DNA from: Flectonema sp. DT1601
Taxonomy: Eukaryota
NCBI GenBank assembly: GCA_964019425.1
Contig: OZ025792.1
Coordinates: 1,364,001 to 1,428,000, forward strand
Length of the DNA: 64,000 nt
Direction: 5' to 3'
Shown one piece after another: positions 56,642-64,000 of the stretch. The notes beneath the pieces were generated by a model. That model saw only the letters and a program-made list of their open reading frames with translations, ran no database searches and was not told where the DNA came from. A program made the translations under genes and the position numbers. Each line of letters begins with the position of its first letter. The stretch's first letter is position 1.

Positions 56642-57781
56642 TTATAACCAAGCACCCTTATTATTAAGGTGAAAGGATTGCCTAACCTTGTCAGGAAACA
56701 TAGACGGATTATAAAAAGCAGGACCTGGAGGCTTACAGCTATTTGATAATCCCTCAGAAAATCTTTCAGTTCCAGACATTGCCCAGCTGGATGAGATAAG
56801 AAGTCTCTTTTTTGGAGGTTCGATGTCATAGTTTCCCGGTCCTGGGTAGTTGAAGTCTGAAGGGACGTATCGGATAGTTGGTTTTCCGAATCTGTCGAGT
56901 ACGGTGGTTGCGAATACGGAACTTGGTTTTGGTCTGTTCTTTCTATTCATAATCTCATCAGCTGCTGTTAGTATCCCTGGTGATTCTCTCTCTGACTTTT
57001 CAAATATTTTGGATGCTGTGCCTGGTGATACCGGTGAACCTGGCCTCCCATTTTGCCCTGTGAACCCTTCCGGTCCACTTCTTGGTGCCTGCGGTAACTT
57101 CCTCGCTAACGCACCTAGTTTAGGATCAACTTTATTAACACGTGTGATGCTCGATTTAAAAACAGCAGACTCTTGCTTAATTCCTAACTCACCTGACTGA
57201 ACCATTTGATATTCTCCAGGACCTGGATTGCTATTTCGACCAGCTAATGGCTCCCGTTTTGTTTTGGATTCAAAAATTGAAGATGGTTTTTCCGACACGT
57301 TTTCTTTCGCAACGTTGTAAGCCCCAGGTCCAGGACCGACACGTGACGACTCGGTTCTGGTGCCGATTGCACGTTTCAGTACGGGTCTCGCAAAGCTGGC
57401 AGAAATATTCTGAGCACTTGGAGCTTCTGGATACTTATAGCTCCCAGGACCTGGTGTTAGAAACAAAGCACGAGGTTGGTTAGCTGTTATTTTGGAAGCC
57501 GATGCAAAGCCACCTGTTCCCCTTTTCGAGAGTGATGGCGTGTTTTTTGTCAACGTCCTCGGCTTTTTATAACTTCCTGGTCCTGGTAAATCATCCTCCG
57601 CGGCGTCGAATCGATTCGTCCTCCTCCCAAAGGCATTCTTCTCCCTCGCTCCTGAGAACAATATTGTCTCAAATCGTGAGGGTATCGATGCTTTCCCATT
57701 TGTACAGCTTACGATTTGTCCAATTCGCAGTCGTCCCCCGGCTGGTGCTTTCCCAACTGTTCGCCCTTCGGAGGTTTCCAT
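56642..57781 (-). CDS. SHIPPO/STPG (PG-rich repeat) axonemal protein
   Basis: Repeated PGPGxY motifs (PGPGSY twice, PGPGAY, PGPGEY, PGPGNY, PGPAFY). Confidence 0.85.
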   Translation of the reverse strand: METSEGRTVGKAPAGGRLRIGQIVSCTNGKASIPSRFETILFSGAREKNAFGRRTNRFDAAEDDLPGPGSYKKPRTLTKNTPSLSKRGTGGFASASKITANQPRALFLTPGPGSYKYPEAPSAQNISASFARPVLKRAIGTRTESSRVGPGPGAYNVAKENVSEKPSSIFESKTKREPLAGRNSNPGPGEYQMVQSGELGIKQESAVFKSSITRVNKVDPKLGALARKLPQAPRSGPEGFTGQNGRPGSPVSPGTASKIFEKSERESPGILTAADEIMNRKNRPKPSSVFATTVLDRFGKPTIRYVPSDFNYPGPGNYDIEPPKKRLLISSSWAMSGTERFSEGLSNSCKPPGPAFYNPSMFPDKVRQSFHLNNKGAWL

Positions 57782-58153
57782 CCGAAATTCCTGAAGAAAA
57801 AAAAGCTAAACATGTGAGATTGTCAGAGGAAATATCCTTACTTTGCAGTAAAAGCATCGCATTGATATCTGGTAAAGTAAAATATATTCACAATCCGAAA
57901 TTTAGGTTTCTGAACTCCCTTCGCAAGAGTGTAATTGGGAATTGCCTATCAAAAAAGAAATGGCAATATCGTCATATTATATTCTTCAATTCTTTTATAT
58001 ATTTCTTTTTTACATTCGTACGTTGTACGAAGTAGTTGACCCACACCAGACGTTATTTGATAGGGTAAGAGTGTAAATCAGTTCTAAAGGTGTGACTCTA
58101 CAGTAGCTGTTTGTGACTAATGTTGACATCAACAGGATGGATATTTTAACGAA

Positions 58154-58510
58154 TTAAAGAATACAACAACCGCAATTTGGATAGTCGTTTGAATTCCTAC
58201 TTTCTGATTCCAAATAATTCTCAGCCGAGTTTATCCCCCGAGACTTTCTGCCTGTCTGCGATGTTTGTCGCTGAAGTCCGTATATTTCTTCAGATTGTTC
58301 TAAAATGGTATTCTTCAGATATCCTTTTGCGTCTTCTAATTCACTAATCAATGCTTCTTTCTCACAAACACATTCCTCCATTTCCTCAAGCATGTTACTC
58401 AGGAGAACTATTTTATCGTGTAGCTCTCTTATTTGGTTGTCTTTGCTCTGCAATTCCTGCCGAAGCGAAGCATTCTCACTCCGAAACAGAGCTGCCTGTC
58501 TGTCGGTCAT
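58154..58510 (-). CDS. Small coiled-coil protein with C-terminal CaaX motif
   Basis: Heptad pattern over about 80 aa; ends CGCCIL-stop. Confidence 0.75.
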   Translation of the reverse strand: MTDRQAALFRSENASLRQELQSKDNQIRELHDKIVLLSNMLEEMEECVCEKEALISELEDAKGYLKNTILEQSEEIYGLQRQTSQTGRKSRGINSAENYLESESRNSNDYPNCGCCIL

Positions 58511-59111
58511 GTGACTAACATTGACTTGATGGGTGTTGAAATAATAAATTACTTAAAAAAAAAGTGTTATATCAAATTCTTCTCAAGGATAATCATATTT
58601 CACTTATCCTGCTTAACCTACTTAGGGTGAATAATTTTTGAATTCAAGTGAGGTACTTATAAACTAAATATATGGTACACACTCAGCTAATTGTTTCTGT
58701 TCCTCCTTAAATGAAATGAAACATTCACTTCATTATTGAGGTAAAACAAGTTTTTTTGTAGTGTTTTTAAAAAAAATTCTTTTTTTTTTTTTTTTTTTTT
58801 TTTCAATATGGGTTGCTACAGAAGGAATTACCCACGATAAAAGAAGGCACTTCTACCATAACAGTTCCCTAAACCAACAGTACAAGTAATACACAGAGCT
58901 AGAGCTAGGGACGGAATATCTCGCTACTCACACAACATGGCAATGTGCGACCTTTTTGTCAGTCACAAGAATCTGCCTTTTTGCAAACGGAACGAGGAAT
59001 CAAAAGTTAGAAGAGGAGACAGGAAACCGAACTGAACAACAATTAGAGATTCATGAACAGAAGTGGTACAAAAATCAATAAATTAGTTCCTAATTGTATT
59101 TAGAATTAAAA

Positions 59112-60182
59112 CTATCGCGGAGCACCACACAACGTACATTTAACAGCTGACAACGGATTGTGAAGTGTACAAGCATTGCAAGACCAAACATTTTGTTGCT
59201 CTTTTGGAGCGTCTTTTCTCACAATCGGAATATCTTTCTTACTTAACTGCGCAGGTACGCGTTCTGCACTCCAAAGGTGTTGCATTACTTCAGCCATTAT
59301 TTCGTCAGGTATTGATGTAAGTCTAGTGATGTACAAGCAATCGCCGTTTGTTACTACGTCGCCTAACTTCTTGCGAGGATCGACTTCCTTGAAATTCATT
59401 AAATGAAATAATTTTAACTTCTCACCTTCTTTCGAAACCTTATTGTTATTATTCGGAAGCTCACCGATACTGCAAAGGGTATCGAGAACACGCCCGAGAA
59501 TCCAGTTTTTGTGAATGCGAATATATGTAGGAAGAATATTTGAATCTTGCGGATAGAAACACAACACAGTACAACCATCCGACACCTCTAAATTCCGCTG
59601 AGCTGACAAAGCTGTATGATAAGTATTCTTATACGATATCCCTGGTAATCCAAGAGTAGGTACAGAAGAGGTTCGCATCTCTGGAGGAGGTGTCTTTGGT
59701 GGTGATCGCGGAGGGGTCTTCGCTTGCCGGTGAACCTTTGTTCCGATCACTTTATTAATCATTCCATTGGCTTTCCTGCAACCATGGTCTTCTTCAGATC
59801 TGTGCTTTATGCAATATTGATTTCCACACAATTTACATATTATTGTAACATGTTCGTTGGTTTTACAACCCGACAACGAACAAAAATTATACCGCTGTTT
59901 CTCCGGGGCAGATGTTTCCTGAGGACAACCAGCGTTTATGTGCTGCATCACAGCAGTATCGACGTCTACTTCACTATTTCTCATTAAGACGTCTTGATTA
60001 CATATCGGACATTTAGGAAGTATTCTGTTCTGGTGTTTTGTGCACTTGTGGTCTTCATATCCCTTGTGATTGCCACAGAATACTCTGTGGCACTTGTTAC
60101 ACTTGCATGGTAGAAAGTCATATTCCCGGCAGGTAGGAACCTCACATTGTCCTTCACCTTTTATGGCAGTGCTGATGCTCAT
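59112..60182 (-). CDS. AN1 zinc-finger protein (ZFAND1/Cuz1-like) with UBL-like domain and C-terminal RanBP2/NZF finger
   Basis: Two AN1 fingers (C..C..DFLP.KC..C..FC..H..H.C), a CPIC..H..C knuckle, WILGRVLD..NNNNK, and WSCNACTLHN..CTLCGAPR. Confidence 0.88.
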   Translation of the reverse strand: MSISTAIKGEGQCEVPTCREYDFLPCKCNKCHRVFCGNHKGYEDHKCTKHQNRILPKCPICNQDVLMRNSEVDVDTAVMQHINAGCPQETSAPEKQRYNFCSLSGCKTNEHVTIICKLCGNQYCIKHRSEEDHGCRKANGMINKVIGTKVHRQAKTPPRSPPKTPPPEMRTSSVPTLGLPGISYKNTYHTALSAQRNLEVSDGCTVLCFYPQDSNILPTYIRIHKNWILGRVLDTLCSIGELPNNNNKVSKEGEKLKLFHLMNFKEVDPRKKLGDVVTNGDCLYITRLTSIPDEIMAEVMQHLWSAERVPAQLSKKDIPIVRKDAPKEQQNVWSCNACTLHNPLSAVKCTLCGAPR

Positions 60183-60434
60183 TGTGTGGATATATCTGAA
60201 AATAACTATTAAACACTTGAACAGCTACTAAATGAAATAAGTCGCGTTGGAATCCCAAAAACCTAAAAACTCGGTATAAGTAGATGCATAGTAACTCAAC
60301 TGATTCATAACAGATGTGCCTCCTCCTCGAAGACAACGAATGAAATAGAATATTAGAGAGCTAACTGTAAATAAATGCCAACAATTAGTTTACACCAGTT
60401 GAAGACGTGTGTCTTTACTAGGTATGGCTCGCAG

Positions 60435-62935
60435 TCATTCCGCATAACCAATACGTAAGTCATTGACTGTTTCATAAATAATCTTGCTAACATTAATAAT
60501 TCTGTAAGTATTACTTTCTCCACTTAATTTACGGGGCTCCCTATAACGAGGAGCGTCATTCTGCAAACCTTCCATTGTGATTAGAATTTCCTTCAAAGAC
60601 AATTGGGTAGTAGAGATATCCCAACAGCGGCATACAATGCGGTCCCAGATCTGTTGTTCGATGGCATTTAAATCAGTTGGAGATCTTGGCATGTGACCTG
60701 CAATAATTTTCTGAGCGACAATCCGAAGATCGTCTCTAGACTTAGTATCCTCGTGGAATGGTGCTTTTCCTGAAAGAACCTCATAGAGTAAGCAACCGTA
60801 TGACCAGATATCCTGGGATGTGAACGCCCTGTTTTCCTGAAGAGTAATTGGAGAACACCACGGGATAGGTAACCTTTTTGTTTTAATCTGTTCCCCACGT
60901 TTTGAGAGTATACCCATGTCACTGAGCTTCAGTAAACCATCAGTCATTACTAACACATTTCTGGCAGCAACATCCATGTGCACCAGAGAGAGTGTTTCCA
61001 AGTACGACAACGCGCGTGCAATATCTATTAGCGCCAAAACCTGCGTAGTACGATCCCTCCAATCATAGTCAAGGAGTTGTCCTCCGGCACAATACTCAGT
61101 TATCATGTACAATTTTCCGTTGTTCCGGGTCCACCCGTAGTAATTTAAGATATTTTTCTGCCGAAGCGAGCATAGCATCCCAACCTCCCTAAGGAGGTCT
61201 TCTCCCTTGTTATGAGATTCCTTAATTGCAATCTGTTTTTTTTTTTTTTTCATTTTCAATTTGCAATATGCAAGCGAAGGCTTCCTGTGAATCTAATAAC
61301 TGTACACACCTGTTCCCGGGTTATATTTGTCCATGCCGTCCAGACTATGCCGTAAGCACCCCTACCTACCTCTTTAAAATCCGAGAGACTGGCCCACGAA
61401 ATTTCATGTAAAGGCTGTAATTCCGGCTCAGTACTAGGAATCACATCCATTGGCTGGTAGCTCAGAGGGACGGTCAAGTCGTCTTCTTTAGGATTAGCCT
61501 TCAACTTCCCACATTTGAGGAAAAAAATAATGAATATAACACAAACTACTAAGAAACACATAACAGTGAACAGCAATATTGAAAGTGTGCCTCCTCTGCC
61601 TGCTTCACTGCTTTCAGAGGGCGAGAGTGTACCTTGTGATGCCGCAGGAGAAAGGGTGGCTTCCATTGGAATGGCGGATTCAATCTGAGGAATATTAGTG
61701 GTAGAGCTCGGCGTTAGTGTGGGTGCCAAGGGAATGGGAGACACTTTCGGAGAGACGGTAGTCGGTGAATCTGTTTGTGGGACAGTGTAATAAGACCTAC
61801 CAAAAATACCACTCTCAGAACCGCCTTTGGATTTTCCTGCCCACACAACATTGTATCCGAAGTTCCACGACCTTACGAACGGATCCTGCGGTGTTGAATC
61901 AGCGGCTTTACTGACTTCGAGATAACTGCCCAGAGGTACGCCATCAAATGAAAATTCAAGGCCGCGTATAATCTTTTGTACATTATCGTACCAAGTTACC
62001 ATAAAACTGTTACTTGCAGATGCAACGTATGGCGGACCATTTCCATTTATCGTGAACTCAGGTCCTACCTTGTCACCTGCGGCATCGAATAACTGACCAG
62101 CACAATTTCGACTCCCAAAATTACCATTTGGCCATGTCTCCCAAACGATAACAAATCCACCCAAGGGAAGCACCGCAACTGAGGGGCGCATCGCAGTGTA
62201 GCCAGATGTGTCTGTCACTAGGAGGGTTATATTTCCCAATACTGTTCCGTTTTGTGATGATATACTCGCAAAAATAACAGAATCGGCTCCACGCATGGAT
62301 GACCAACAAGTCACAAATCCCCCAGTTATAAAAGCTGCAGACACTGGGTCTCTTCCTGGAGAATCATTTAAGAGAATAGTAACGTTACTGGATAAACCAG
62401 AACTGTGAAGAAGCCGACCATAAATTTGACCGTGATATTTATTAATTGGAGTAGCCTGCCAGATTAATAAATACTTACCAGTTGCTAACGAAATAATGGA
62501 CTGGGAAGAAAGCCGAGATTTTGTGTCTAATTTATAATTCGAAAGAATAATACCTTTAGTTTTTGCATTGAACATACTAAGATATATCTCCGTATTATAA
62601 CCAGAAGAAACCCACGGACGCCATGAAATTAGAATTTGATCACTAAGGGTGCTGGCTGCAATTCCCACATCTGTCGGTCCTCGGTTGCCGGTGCTCATTG
62701 TAAACATGTCACTCAGTATTATATTATTCGAGCAATCTATCTGTCGTATATAAACTTCATGCGCACTTTCAGATATCCAAGCACATCTATAATTACAAGA
62801 CGCCGCACCTGCTAAGTCATTGGCCACCATTGGAAGAAACCCATCAGTACTTACCTTGTACACTGCACTCGGAACACTGGCAACCACCAAGCATAAAAAG
62901 CATAAAATTAAGTTAATCTCGAAAAGGCATCTCAT
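60435..62935 (-). CDS. Single-pass receptor kinase with tyrosine-kinase-like catalytic domain; 2 exons (62935-61310, 61232-60435), 807 aa
   Basis: Signal peptide from ATG 62935, beta-repeat ectodomain, S/T/P stalk, TM helix, GRGAYG, then spliced EQ|IAIKE, HMDVAARN, DMG, LPIPW, DIWSYG, CW. Confidence 0.85.
61233..61309 (-). other. GT-AG intron, 77 bp
   Basis: CAG|GTGTGT ... (A)nCAG|ATT; joins kinase subdomains I and II in frame. Confidence 0.88.
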
Positions 62936-63330
62936 TCGTGTGTAGATTACCTTTAAAAAATGATGTGAAGATCGTAAAAGAAAATGAATTGCACACCAAG
63001 TACCTGACAAATACAGCGCATGTAGTTCTCAATGATTCGTTTCCACACTGCTATTATCTTAACAAGTGATCAGCAAAGATCACATGTCTGGTGACTGAAA
63101 GGGAAAGTTAACTTGAAAAGTACTCGGGACAGTTTGTAGGTGGATAAGGCAAACTGCAAACTGACACATTTGCATCCACCGTCTCCACCAACTTTGTACA
63201 TTACAACTGAAACAATTCAACAAGATGGCGATTTTTGGGAATGAAACACCATTAGAGAGTAGTAAGAAAGTAATAACCTTCCCACCTTCGCGAGTTTCTC
63301 AGGTGTTATTAGATGATCTTGGATCAGGTA

Positions 63331-63632
63331 CTGCAACTGGAAATATTACTGCGCGGAAAAAACCGCACTAATTTCCAAATCTGCAAAAAACCGCACTAAT
63401 TTTTCCACGCAGTAATATTTCCACCGCACTAATATTTCTGCTCAGAAGTGATTTTTTCTCCAGCTGCATTTTTCTGCTGGTGCCTTACACAGCAAAAAAG
63501 CAACCAAATTTTTTTCTACCACCAAGTGGAAAAAACCGCACTAATCTTTTCTCAAAAAAACCGCACTAATTTTTCCGCGCAGTAATATTTCCCCGCAGTA
63601 ATTATTCAGCGCAGTAATATTTCCAGTTGCAG
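63331..63632. mobile_element. MITE, 302 bp, Tc1/mariner-superfamily-like (TA target duplication)
   Basis: Perfect 24-bp TIR CTGCAACTGGAAATATTACTGCGC at 63331-63354 and 63609-63632; TA at 63329-63330 and 63633-63634; internal CCGCACTAAT/CGCAGTAAT repeats. Confidence 0.9.
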
Positions 63633-63640
63633 TATTGGTA

Positions 63641-63844
63641 TACTAGGGAACGTGAACCGCTTCTTAGACACGAGTCACCCGACAGACTTTCCAAATGAGG
63701 TGTATGTCGACAGCAATACGGGGTAGTACGAGAGGAACTCCCGTTTCTAGTCCCTGATATCTACGGTTGTTCGATCGGACAGTGCCGTGATGCTACCACT
63801 GGATGGATTATGGCTGAACGCCTCTAAGCCAGAACCCAGTCTAG
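63641..63844 (+). pseudogene. 28S/LSU rRNA 3' fragment including the sarcin-ricin loop
   Basis: TAGGGAACGTGA, AGTACGAGAGGAAC (63725-63738), GCTACCA, GGATTATGGCTGAACGCCTCTAAGCCAGAA. The conserved GCTGGGTTTAGACCGTCGTGAGACAGG tract is absent or scrambled. Confidence 0.88.
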
Positions 63845-64000
63845 GGACATACATGCTTTGCAGTGTTCCAATAGGTTTATCTATCCCACTGGATCTCTCA
63901 TCGTTCATAGTACCTGTGTGAAGTTATAAAATCAAAGGTAAACTATGAACTACAAATGACTTAATCTGTTATTATAATGCCACAGGCAGGCCCTGCATTC

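Noticed and set aside
7566..60182. Ubiquitin-system gene cluster (USP-RING, Skp1, ZFAND1-like)
   Set aside because: Genes are far apart and interspersed with unrelated ones; such genes are common enough to co-occur by chance.
63093..63130. GAAAGGGAAAGTTAACTTGAAAAGTACT resembling a 5' LSU rRNA motif
   Set aside because: Too short and gapped to support by eye.

Overview
AT-rich eukaryotic nuclear DNA, most likely from a euglenozoan (diplonemid-like) protist. This placement is inferred from gene organisation, a nuclear AceE-type PDH E1 and LSU rRNA fragments. All 21 credible protein genes between about 1.4 and 63 kb lie on the minus strand as one directional cluster. Most are intronless; five short (70-79 bp) GT-AG introns with A/C-rich 3' ends can be read directly and repair four gene models that the ORF track splits or truncates. 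Highlights: (1) an EF-hand-fused, apparently mitochondrion-targeted prokaryote-type pyruvate dehydrogenase E1 (AceE) lying directly upstream of a BCKDH-type E2 with a duplicated lipoyl domain, a candidate Ca2+-sensing hybrid PDH; (2) a WW-Plus3-RS-PPP phosphatase fusion; (3) a USP deubiquitinase with about 6 PDZ-like repeats inside the catalytic domain and a C-terminal RING-H2; (4) a single-pass receptor with a tyrosine-kinase-type catalytic loop; (5) a 1.18 kb TIR element with T10 flanks carrying 28S rRNA and tRNA-like cargo (Pack-MULE-like), and at the other end a TA-flanked MITE next to a second 28S fragment. Domain calls come from motif recognition by eye; no database searches were run.
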